A stretch of 32,000 nucleotides of DNA from Paramicrosporidium saccamoebae KSL3. Taxonomy: Eukaryota; Fungi; Cryptomycota. Within the stretch, counting starts at the first letter, position 1. Each line of letters opens with the position of its first letter. Shown here piece by piece: positions 8,445-16,818 of the stretch. The notes beneath the pieces were generated by a model. That model had not been told where the DNA came from, did not search any database, and saw only the letters and a program-made list of their open reading frames with translations. Made by a program: the position numbers and the translations under genes. The stretch is taken from assembly GCA_002794465.1 (NCBI GenBank), contig MTSL01000165.1:1-32000 (forward strand), written 5' to 3'.

Positions 8445-10037
8445 TCAATCTTCCTCCGTGGCAGTGTCGTCTGCTTCAGAGGCTGCCTCACTCTCGGAGC
8501 CTTCTTCCTCATTAGAGTCTTCATCGCTATTAAAGTCTTCGTCATACTCTTCCCCTACACTAGATTCGTCACCGCCGTCATCGTAGTCCTCGTCGGGTGA
8601 ACTCTCGTCATCCCCATTCATGCGCATCCTCTTTACCGCCGCCTCGTCTTCCGAGTCGCTAAATTCCTTGGTCACCTTTTTGCGTCGGCCCTCGTCTTCA
8701 TCCTTGGATCGGAAGTCAATGTTCTTTTGTTTCAAAAAGTCCTCCAAGAATTGGTATTCCTCCTTGGCAATATTGCTAAAGGACACGTCCTGACCCGACT
8801 TGAGGTAAAATTTAAGATCAAAGCTGCGCGGGTTGCCAGAACCAGAGCCCATTCGCGCAAACTCGACATGTGAGATTTCTCCATTTGGGATGAGCGTGAC
8901 GGGCTTGGGCAGGAACAGGATGTTGCGCTCCAGAGGATACAGGAACCCTTCGTTGGCCTTGAACGCGCATTTGATCGAATTTCCATTGCCCTGACTACGG
9001 AATGAGCCCGGCACAATAATCTTTTGTCCTGCAAGCAAACGGAACAGAGTGCTGACCACTTCAAAGGTGGGGGCATCGTATTGCATCTGCAGCTTTCCCT
9101 CGTATTTGCTCTTTATGGTCTCTTCGTCAATGTTTTGAAGGGCCACTTCAATTTCCTCGTCCTTGTTGAACTGGAAAACGAGGAAGGGATAGCGTGTTTG
9201 TCCCTGTCGGATGGGGGGATCGAGTGCCAGCACAAACAAGACGTGCATCTCATCCGCCTTTGGGAGAAGGAACAACTTGACGATGCTGCTATACAGAATT
9301 TTGTGGTCATAACTCTTTCCATGGAGACGCAGATAAGATGGCGTCATGTCCATTTGGAAGCGTCCTCGAGGAACAATACAAGGGAGCTCGGGGAGCGAGA
9401 CAATCACTTCGCCAGTCACTTGGTTCATTTCCGAGAAGCCCTTGATCTTTTCGCACAGCGACTTTGCGGCGTCCAAACCTTCGTCGCCCTCTTCTGCAGA
9501 GTCGCTCTCGTTTCCGGGAACATATAGCCGCATCTCTACCAGCGTGTCCGTCTTTTTGTCCACATTCTCCGGCTGGGAGAATTCAATGGCAATTTCGTCC
9601 TTGATGGTGACGACTGCATTAGTGACTTCCTTTAAGGGCAGGTCAAATGCCATTCTGTCGCCAACCTTGAATTCCAGATGGTTGCCATCAATCTCTGCCT
9701 TTCCCCAATTCCAACCCTTTACCGAGAGCTCTTTGGTTTCAAACGGCACCTGGTAGTGTTCCTTGACAAAATCCTTCAGCTCCTCCAGTGCCTCTGCTGG
9801 GAGACCATCAAATTTGTGCACAGACCCGTCCTTCAAGTAGATGCGCAGCTCATAACCACGCATGGCACGAAACCAGGCGATGCTGCTAAAGTCTGCCGAG
9901 GCGAGGGTGGTGACTTGAGCAGTGCTACTCTCCTTCCAGCCCAGTCCACCTTGCGCCAATTTCAGCTTTCCAGCACTCTTGGCGGTGAGCGACTGGAGGT
10001 AGACTTGGTCATAAGACAGTGTTCCCGCGTCGAGCAT
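8445..10037 (-). CDS. POB3: FACT complex subunit POB3/SSRP1 (about 530 aa)
   Basis: Likely start is the ATG at 10037. Motifs ELSVKGWNWG, LVEMRLYVP, PRGRFQMD, LRLHGKSYDHKI, PPIRQGQTRYPFLV and CAFKANEGFLYPLE; acidic C-terminus; no HMG box (fungal type). Confidence 0.96.
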   Translation of the reverse strand: MLDAGTLSYDQVYLQSLTAKSAGKLKLAQGGLGWKESSTAQVTTLASADFSSIAWFRAMRGYELRIYLKDGSVHKFDGLPAEALEELKDFVKEHYQVPFETKELSVKGWNWGKAEIDGNHLEFKVGDRMAFDLPLKEVTNAVVTIKDEIAIEFSQPENVDKKTDTLVEMRLYVPGNESDSAEEGDEGLDAAKSLCEKIKGFSEMNQVTGEVIVSLPELPCIVPRGRFQMDMTPSYLRLHGKSYDHKILYSSIVKLFLLPKADEMHVLFVLALDPPIRQGQTRYPFLVFQFNKDEEIEVALQNIDEETIKSKYEGKLQMQYDAPTFEVVSTLFRLLAGQKIIVPGSFRSQGNGNSIKCAFKANEGFLYPLERNILFLPKPVTLIPNGEISHVEFARMGSGSGNPRSFDLKFYLKSGQDVSFSNIAKEEYQFLEDFLKQKNIDFRSKDEDEGRRKKVTKEFSDSEDEAAVKRMRMNGDDESSPDEDYDDGGDESSVGEEYDEDFNSDEDSNEEEGSESEAASEADDTATEED

Positions 10038-10147
10038 ATTTACGGCGCCGCCGGGCCTGGTCCACCCCCGATGGATGGGATAAGTTTCAACCAGCTTGAG
10101 CACTGTACTGGCTCGTTTCTCATCTAATATTATAGTGCAGGCAAAAT

Positions 10148-10468
10148 ATGTGGGCACGGGTCATTCCGACACTACTAGAAAGTACCCCGATTAGACATCT
10201 AACAGTTAGGGAGTGGCTTGAGACTCAACACAAGGATACTTTTGCGTCCTTCCTGGGTCATTCTAATCTTGTAAAGTACGTTTCGGTGGCCACTGGCGAG
10301 TGTTCTGCTCGAACGAGGCTCAACTTGCTGACTAGCATGCTGGTGCCACTAGTCAAACAACATGAATGTGAGCCGACGTATCAGCCTGAATTCTTATCTG
10401 GTGCTGCGACGACCGTACCAAAGCCACCCGTAGATGATCAAGGTGAAGAGGACATGGCTCTAGACTAA
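10148..10468 (+). CDS. Possible small hypothetical protein (106 aa), divergent from POB3
   Basis: ATG in an A-rich context (AAAATATG). Fills an otherwise empty gap without overlapping a known gene. No family recognised. Confidence 0.35.
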   Translation: MWARVIPTLLESTPIRHLTVREWLETQHKDTFASFLGHSNLVKYVSVATGECSARTRLNLLTSMLVPLVKQHECEPTYQPEFLSGAATTVPKPPVDDQGEEDMALD

Positions 10469-10752
10469 CGAACCATAACCTAGAAGAGCCGTTTTATGTT
10501 TATATTCAATGAATCGAGTCCCTTGTATTAGGTATATCGAATCGTCTATATTCAGCGTATCGAGTTGGTCGTATTCAGTGCATTGAATCGGTCACTCTGT
10601 ATTAAGCGTTCCACGTCCGTTACGCAATAACCTATGTTCATTACATGGAATTCTCCATGTCCATTATATGGAACCTTTAACTCTTGCACCACTTGGTACT
10701 CATCAATTCCCCCCCTCTCTCTTCACCCCATTGTTTTCGACTATTCCTCTTG

Positions 10753-10845
10753 ATTGGCTAGAATGGGCCAATAACGTGGAACGTAGGGCATTGTGCATTG
10801 TTTGGTAAACGGCCAATTGGCGTTCAGCAAAGGTTTGGGGATTGG
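10753..10845. promoter_or_regulatory. CCAAT-box cluster upstream of Rac
   Basis: CCAAT/ATTGG pentamers at 10753, 10768, 10813, 10816 and 10841, about 100-190 bp before the Rac ATG. A similar cluster (22044, 22064, 22084) precedes SLU7, and GATTGGTCAG occurs in both. Confidence 0.45.
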
Positions 10846-10940
10846 TCAGCGGTGAGGCCGTTCTTGTTTGCCAAAGCCCAAGCCAAGACCGCAGTCGCAA
10901 CCGCAACCTCGACTGCAAGCAGCACTCCAAGGAAATGGCT

Positions 10941-11549
10941 ATGCAGGCAATCAAATGTGTAGTAGTGGGAGACGGAGCCGTCGGTAAGACATGCCTTCTC
11001 ATCAGCTACACCACAAACGCGTTCCCTGGGGAGTATATCCCCACAGTATTTGATAACTATTCTGCAAATGTGCAGGTCGATGGCAAGCCCATCAGTCTGG
11101 GGTTGTGGGACACGGCGGGCCAGGAAGACTATGACCGACTGCGTCCTCTGAGCTATCCGCAAACAGATGTCTTTCTGATTACCTTTTCGCTGGTAAATCC
11201 CGCTTCGTTCCAGAATGTCAAAACAAAGTGGGTCCCTGAACTGCAGCATCACTGTCCTGGCACTCCATTCCTCCTTGTTGGGACTAAGCTGGATCTACGA
11301 GATGACGAAGAGACCATCTCCAAATTGTCGGAGCGCAAGCAGGCGCCCGTCACTTATGCACAAGGTGTCGCTTTGGCCCGCGAAATTGGCGCCGTAAAGT
11401 ATCTGGAATGCTCGGCACTGACACAAAAGGGACTAAAGAATGCCTTTGACGAGTCGATCAGGGCAGTGCTCTACCCACAACCCGTCGGAAAGAAGGGGAA
11501 GAAAGATTTGGCAGGTGGAAAGAAGAAGAGAAAGTGTTCTATTCAGTGA
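10941..11549 (+). CDS. RAC1: Rac-subfamily Rho GTPase (202 aa)
   Basis: [41 protein letters not shown]56 in LGLWDTAG indicates Rac rather than Cdc42. Polybasic tail and CaaX CSIQ. Start at ATG 10941 (or 10935). Confidence 0.95.
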   Translation: MQAIKCVVVGDGAVGKTCLLISYTTNAFPGEYIPTVFDNYSANVQVDGKPISLGLWDTAGQEDYDRLRPLSYPQTDVFLITFSLVNPASFQNVKTKWVPELQHHCPGTPFLLVGTKLDLRDDEETISKLSERKQAPVTYAQGVALAREIGAVKYLECSALTQKGLKNAFDESIRAVLYPQPVGKKGKKDLAGGKKKRKCSIQ

Positions 11550-11870
11550 ACTACTTTGTTGAATAAAATTCTCCAAACTATCTAGCGGTGTGTCGTGTTG
11601 TCTTGTCTTGTTTTGTATTGTACTTGTTATTATTGTTAGCAGGTCAGGGGTGGTGGTTAACAGCAGATCCAAAGATTAGGAATATGGGACTATAAATGTG
11701 AAAGAGTGTATTTATTGATCAGAAATAACGAGTTTCAGTGATTGCATAAGCGTCTATTTATTAATCAGGAATAACGGGTTGTGGACATGAAAGATATATC
11801 CACTACTCAGAGCATTGGTCGGAGAGTCATGATTACTAACGCACATCTCCTACTTAGACCTGGTATAAAC

Positions 11871-14705
11871 TCACATGGGATTTAAATGCTTGGATCGCCC
11901 GTAAATTGATATTGCAGAGCTAATAAACTTTTTCATAAATCGGTCAGTATCACTCATCTTTACCATCTCAATCCTCAAGGATCGATATAAGAAGAACTTT
12001 GCCTCGCCCTCATCTGGCAGCTGCGTTGGCATCTTGCCCTTCAGTCCTTTGACGAAATCATAGCAGTGCACCATGGCTATATCCTGCAGTGGGGATTCTG
12101 TCATTCCTGCAGCACAAAAATAGGCTGGACAGGAGGCGAGCTGTTTATCCATGCACATGTAATACTTGTTCAGCCAATATTTGGGGTCATGGTGTCGTTG
12201 CGGATGATGGATGGCCTCGACAGCATTGTTATTGTACGCCATTTCAGCTATCCGGTGAATCTTGTCTACTGGCCGTCCTTCGGGTGGTATCCTAATGATT
12301 CTCTTAATCTCTCTGGCCTCTCCTACTTCGAGACTCCAGAGCTGCTGTTGGCGGTTAACATTGTCGGCAGCTATCTGGTCAGCAGCGGCCTTTAAGTCTT
12401 TGGCAACGGATAGCGGGATCAAAGGACCATCGTCCACCCCATCTGCCTCGGGGACTACCCTCTTGGTCTCCATGTAGTAACGAACCAAGGAGGGAGTGGG
12501 CAAGTCGCCCTCGTCATGCTGACGAACAATGATTGCAGCGAGCAGAGTCAGGACTTGCTTCTTGTGACTCTTGTTCATATTCTTCACATAAGCCTGATTC
12601 ATCAGGTAATTTACTGGCACGTTCAAGTAATCCGACGTTGGAAGACTCGGAGTTGCCCGATTTGCCTCCTCTACAAGTTGGCTAATCTTGGACGGTTCCA
12701 TGCTTGGCACACCTTCTCTGAACACTTCGGCTCGCCATTCTCCAACATGTCTGGAATATGTTCTGGCAACGTTTTGACTGAGCCTCTTGTATTCTTCCGC
12801 TTCTTCTGGGTTACTCTCGGCAGGGTTTCTTAGTCGGACACTGTCTAACAAGATTGCTCGAATAGTGTCCTTGACTGCGACTGACTCCATAGCATCTCCG
12901 GGCACAGCTGCGAGTATTGCCAGTGAATACTGCAGAATTTTTCTCGATAGGGCTTTACTTTTCAAAAAGTTTTTCACAAGACCCAGTATAATCAGCGGAC
13001 TATTGGCTGCAGGATCATTTAGTTTAGTCAATTCCATGACCCAGTCATGGATGAAAAAGGGCTTTTCGTTGGAGATTTTGTGGAAATTGCCCTGTTTAAA
13101 TTCGTGCTTCAGATTGTTGACAAAATAGTCCAGCCTTCTTGTGCACTTCAAAATGTCAATCTCAACTCGAACAACAGATATTGCCCTGTTCACCATGTCG
13201 ATGGCAGAGGCTTCCTTCTTCAACAAAGGATACCTTTCTATTAGATGATCCAACTGTACTCGGAGCTCTTCCGGTGGAAGGTATATATGCGCAAGCTCGT
13301 CCCAAGCCGACCAGCCCTCTTGATCGTCTTGCAAAACTTTGGGCAGGGCAGTTTCAAGAACCACTAAGGCAGACTTTGAATGGCGTCTTTTCATAACATT
13401 TATCCGCTCTAATAGTTTTTGGACAATATGCTTCTTCCTTTCCACGTTACTCACCAAAGTTTTCCTAAAAAACTTGGCTTGCGTTTTCTCTTCTTTTAGC
13501 TGTTTTACTTTGGAGCCGATGCGGTTCATTTGAGCCTGAAGTTTTACTAATTTCCTTTCTCCTTCTAGAAATTGACTGTAAAGGGCATGCCGCTCCTCTG
13601 ATGCCTTTTGGAGCTTTTGAAATGGTTCACTTACGTCGGGATTGTTTGCTGATTCTTCGTCAATCGCCATTGTCAATTCTCTCTCCAAGCCTTGCTGCCT
13701 TGATAATGACTGAGATAGCTTGCATTCGTTTACAATAATTTCGTCATTGTGAGCGATCAAATCGTTCAAAGAGTCAATGTAGTCGTTAATTTGCGCAAGT
13801 AACGTGTCAATGTGTCCCTTGTCATTTGGGAGCACAGCATTACTAGATTCGAAATTGCATCGTTTCTTAGTCTTTTGAGTCACTGCATTCAGTTCTGATA
13901 GTGTTTCAATTCGGAAGACAGTTTTTTTCATCATGGCGTCATATTCAGAAAAGCGCACTGATTCTATTGCTTTTCGGTGTTTGAGCACAATGCTGTGCAA
14001 AAATTCCACAGATTGCAAAATGTTCGTGTCTCTCTTACTACGAGTCAGACTGGCCACATGCCGATCAAAGTCGTTAAGATCGACCAAATTAGCAATAGCT
14101 GGCCGCAGCCCGGACATTACTTCGAGGTAACTGTCGACAATTTTTTCCAAGTCGATGGCTAATTCTAGCTGCACTTCTTGCATCACCCTCAGCTCCTCCT
14201 CCAAGACATAACGGAGATTAGAATCCTTGATTGCTGTTGCTTCTGCCTGGGCCCAGTGCTTTTTCGAGACCAACTTTGCCTCATCCACAATTTTGGCGTT
14301 AACAGCCTCCTCCATGCTCTGTTTGATCGTGTTGATATGGTCCTTTTCGTGGGCTGTCTTTGCCTGAAGGTCGGCGATTTTGGGTACCGCATTCAGAGAG
14401 CGATCATATTCGCTCTGAGACTCGCTCTCGTTCTTATTTGCACTTTCCAGCGCTAGAATAGCAGCTCGCCTGGATTCTCCAAGTGCCTCTTCTCTCGTTT
14501 CGAGCTGCTTAAGAGAGGTGGCTTGCGTATCTAGCTCCTCATTGGTTTTTGTAGTGTCCACCATTCGGGTCTGGGCCAGATCGAATGCATCTTGTGCCTG
14601 CCGTAGCTCCTCTTGCGCCACTTGGTATGCTTTCTCGAGATATTCTTGATCAAATGCTAGAGAACCACCAAGGATGACAATGATGACAGCGGCCAACTTC
14701 ATCAT
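11871..14705 (-). CDS. Orphan secreted coiled-coil protein (944 aa)
   Basis: Signal-like N-terminus MMKLAAVIIVILGGSLA, long heptad-rich E/K/Q/A segments and a Cys-containing C-terminal region. Intronless; no family recognised. Confidence 0.8.
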   Translation of the reverse strand: MMKLAAVIIVILGGSLAFDQEYLEKAYQVAQEELRQAQDAFDLAQTRMVDTTKTNEELDTQATSLKQLETREEALGESRRAAILALESANKNESESQSEYDRSLNAVPKIADLQAKTAHEKDHINTIKQSMEEAVNAKIVDEAKLVSKKHWAQAEATAIKDSNLRYVLEEELRVMQEVQLELAIDLEKIVDSYLEVMSGLRPAIANLVDLNDFDRHVASLTRSKRDTNILQSVEFLHSIVLKHRKAIESVRFSEYDAMMKKTVFRIETLSELNAVTQKTKKRCNFESSNAVLPNDKGHIDTLLAQINDYIDSLNDLIAHNDEIIVNECKLSQSLSRQQGLERELTMAIDEESANNPDVSEPFQKLQKASEERHALYSQFLEGERKLVKLQAQMNRIGSKVKQLKEEKTQAKFFRKTLVSNVERKKHIVQKLLERINVMKRRHSKSALVVLETALPKVLQDDQEGWSAWDELAHIYLPPEELRVQLDHLIERYPLLKKEASAIDMVNRAISVVRVEIDILKCTRRLDYFVNNLKHEFKQGNFHKISNEKPFFIHDWVMELTKLNDPAANSPLIILGLVKNFLKSKALSRKILQYSLAILAAVPGDAMESVAVKDTIRAILLDSVRLRNPAESNPEEAEEYKRLSQNVARTYSRHVGEWRAEVFREGVPSMEPSKISQLVEEANRATPSLPTSDYLNVPVNYLMNQAYVKNMNKSHKKQVLTLLAAIIVRQHDEGDLPTPSLVRYYMETKRVVPEADGVDDGPLIPLSVAKDLKAAADQIAADNVNRQQQLWSLEVGEAREIKRIIRIPPEGRPVDKIHRIAEMAYNNNAVEAIHHPQRHHDPKYWLNKYYMCMDKQLASCPAYFCAAGMTESPLQDIAMVHCYDFVKGLKGKMPTQLPDEGEAKFFLYRSLRIEMVKMSDTDRFMKKFISSAISIYGRSKHLNPM

Positions 14706-14791
14706 CGTGCCAAGCTCTGCTCCAATCAGAATACAGTTCCGGATCTTTGAACAAGTACGATTGGGATGGAAGGAAGACCAATCAAGTTTAT

Positions 14792-15592
14792 TTATAATGA
14801 AACTGAAACTCTTGGACTGTTTGCTTTTCTAAAGAGCTGACGTGCTAGGAAAATGCCACCTACCATTGCGCAGGATCCCACTAACCCCAAAGAGAGAAGG
14901 ATTCCGGCACCCCAATCATTAAGACTGCTAAATCGAGGTTTCTTTGTGGGTGTAGATGTCGTTGAAACGACGCCGTGACTTGGCACTCCTGCAGTGCATG
15001 TGTCTTTAATGTCTGATATTCCAGTCCCTGAACTTGGATCAGGCGTTGACACTGGCGTTCCCCCAGACAACAGATCCAACAGCCCAGAAAACGACAGAGT
15101 TGTCTTTGTGCCGTTTAGGCTATTCTGCGGACCTGTAATGACTGTCTGCCCCGTATTTGAGGTAGGTGCTCCAGCATGTTTACTTGCCGAGGTTGAATCA
15201 CTGGTGGGCTTGGCTTCCTGGTCGCCTGCGATGATGCGAATGTGCTCTTCGTCCACTGAGCGAATACTCTTTCCCAATTCTGGACCAAGACCCGTAATCT
15301 CTTGACCCACTGCTCCCTTTATAGACCCCGCTAGTCTTATCGCTTTGAATTGCTCATCCCGATGCTTTACGTTGAGACTTTCGCTAATAAGACGCTCAAA
15401 AGCGAGCCCATTAATGTCCTGTGCTTTGATGGCGTTGGTGACGAGACTCGCTGCGTCGGCAGCCATTGGATAGTAGTTCAGGGTGTCTATTACTGCTTGT
15501 GTAAGCTGTTGCTTGATATCGTCAACCACACCCTCCCCTCCCACAACATGGACTGACAGAATGGCGAACAGAGGGATCCACCATAGCATCAT
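14792..15592 (-). CDS. Orphan type I membrane protein (266 aa)
   Basis: Signal-like MMLWWIPLFAILSVHVVG, a helical N-domain, an S/T/P-rich stalk, a C-terminal TM (WGAGILLSLGLVGSCAMVGGIFLA) and a short basic tail. Confidence 0.8.
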   Translation of the reverse strand: MMLWWIPLFAILSVHVVGGEGVVDDIKQQLTQAVIDTLNYYPMAADAASLVTNAIKAQDINGLAFERLISESLNVKHRDEQFKAIRLAGSIKGAVGQEITGLGPELGKSIRSVDEEHIRIIAGDQEAKPTSDSTSASKHAGAPTSNTGQTVITGPQNSLNGTKTTLSFSGLLDLLSGGTPVSTPDPSSGTGISDIKDTCTAGVPSHGVVSTTSTPTKKPRFSSLNDWGAGILLSLGLVGSCAMVGGIFLARQLFRKANSPRVSVSL

Positions 15593-15689
15593 CTAGTCAG
15601 TGAAGCATCTCGAACCTGATCCAATAATAGTGCGCCCGCAGTCTCCAATCACATTCCTTCTTCCAACACCAATACTATCCTATGAGATT

Positions 15690-15774
15690 TGTCACGTAGT
15701 GGGGACAATGTCACGTAGCGGGGACAATGTTACGTAGCGGGGATAATATCACGTAGCGGGGATAATATCACGTA
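15690..15774 (+). repeat. 19-bp tandem repeat, about 4.5 copies
   Basis: TGTCACGTAGTGGGGACAA / TGTCACGTAGCGGGGACAA / TGTTACGTAGCGGGGATAA / TATCACGTAGCGGGGATAA / TATCACGTA. Confidence 0.95.
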
Positions 15775-15878
15775 TCTTGTCAGACGAGAGGAACACTCGT
15801 TCGCTGCTAATCTTTAAATCGCAGGGACACAAATCTTATTGTTCTTAAGTATCCAGCTAATCAATCTTCTACACCACA
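15690..15878 (-). mobile_element. Solo-LTR-like element, copy 2 (189 bp) with an amplified 3' terminus
   Basis: Minus-strand ends TGTGGTGTAG...TTGTCCCCACTACGTGACA, flanked by the 5-bp direct repeat AGATT (15685-15689 / 15879-15883). GTTCGCTGCTAATC (15799-15812) is identical to 3972-3985 in copy 1. Confidence 0.7.
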
Positions 15879-15882
15879 AGAT

Positions 15883-16374
15883 TTATTGTCGCTTGTATTT
15901 GATGAATAGAACTAGCGCCAAGATGCCAACAATAGCTAGAACTGATGCAACCACGACAATTACCCAAAAACGAAAGCTGGTGTCCCCAAATTTGCAGACA
16001 TTCTTCCACGCTGTTTTTAAATCTCCCTGGGGAAGCGACTCGACCGTATCGCGGAGATGGAAGCCCTTACAAAGATTGTTCTTGACAAAGGTGGCCTGTC
16101 CCGTGAGCTCGGCGGGGGTGACATTTTTGACCAGCATTGTGCAGTTGACAGTGTCAGAGCAGACAACCTTGCATTCGTCCAAGGTGAGCTTTTCAACGGA
16201 AATATTTGCACCGTCTTTGATTAGGCCTTTGAGTTTTGCGGTCAGTAGTTCGGGCTGTGTCGCGCTTTTCGAAGATTTCTTGTTTGTGCGAGATGGTGTC
16301 GAGTTTAGTACTGATCTCTTGCGTGCCTCTACAGCTAAAACCAAAAAGGATATAAAGAGTGTGGCAATTTTCAT
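15883..16374 (-). CDS. Orphan small type I membrane protein (about 163 aa) with a Cys-bonded ectodomain shared with its neighbour
   Basis: Start at ATG 16374 (MKIATLFISFLVLAVEA, signal-like). C-terminal TM FWVIVVVASVLAIVGILALVLFI followed by KYKRQ. Confidence 0.85.
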   Translation of the reverse strand: MKIATLFISFLVLAVEARKRSVLNSTPSRTNKKSSKSATQPELLTAKLKGLIKDGANISVEKLTLDECKVVCSDTVNCTMLVKNVTPAELTGQATFVKNNLCKGFHLRDTVESLPQGDLKTAWKNVCKFGDTSFRFWVIVVVASVLAIVGILALVLFIKYKRQ

Positions 16375-16552
16375 AAACGAAACAACTGTAACTTGCCAAA
16401 TATTTATAATCAAGCGACCAATGAATGATGCCCAAAAAGCAAACAACCCTTGACGAGATGATGAGACAATGGAATGGCGAGACGATTAAATAATGATACA
16501 ATGCTACAACAGTGCCATGAGATGCAATGTCACAACAAGACAACGATATTAT

Positions 16553-16738
16553 TTAGACGTAGAGGATCGATGGGGTATTTGTGTGCTAGAGTGGATCGCT
16601 TTTCCGGGTATTTGAGGACTATTAAGTTATTTGTGAGACTATAAATTGGTCGTTGGATTGACTGAATAAATTCTCATCTCGTCCCATTTCGTCTCTTCTC
16701 GCCTGACAAAGTCTGTGGTTTATCCTCACTACGCAACA
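16553..16738 (+). mobile_element. Solo-LTR-like element, copy 3 (186 bp)
   Basis: Ends TTAGACGTAG...TTATCCTCACTACGCAACA. TATAAA at 16640 and AATAAA at 16665. 16635-16675 matches 31560-31600 at 39/41, and 16573-16602 is the exact reverse complement of 27083-27112. Flanks TTAT/TAAT (3 of 4). Confidence 0.65.
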
Positions 16739-16818
16739 TAATGGCGTCATCTTGAGAGGTGTATGGTGGTAAAAACTTTTATTCACTTTCATTTACATTC
16801 TCATTCGTTCTGTGGAAT

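Noticed and set aside
10643-10660. Hairpin ACATGGA-ATTC-TCCATGT and loose TATTCA..AATCG repeats at about 10500-10600
   Set aside because: A 7-bp stem is expected by chance, and no ncRNA family features were recognised.
16739-16752. TGG shortly after the 3' ends of element copies 3 and 1 as a primer-binding site
   Set aside because: It overlaps the TSD or flank, I cannot match it to a tRNA 3' end, and no gag/pol sequence follows.
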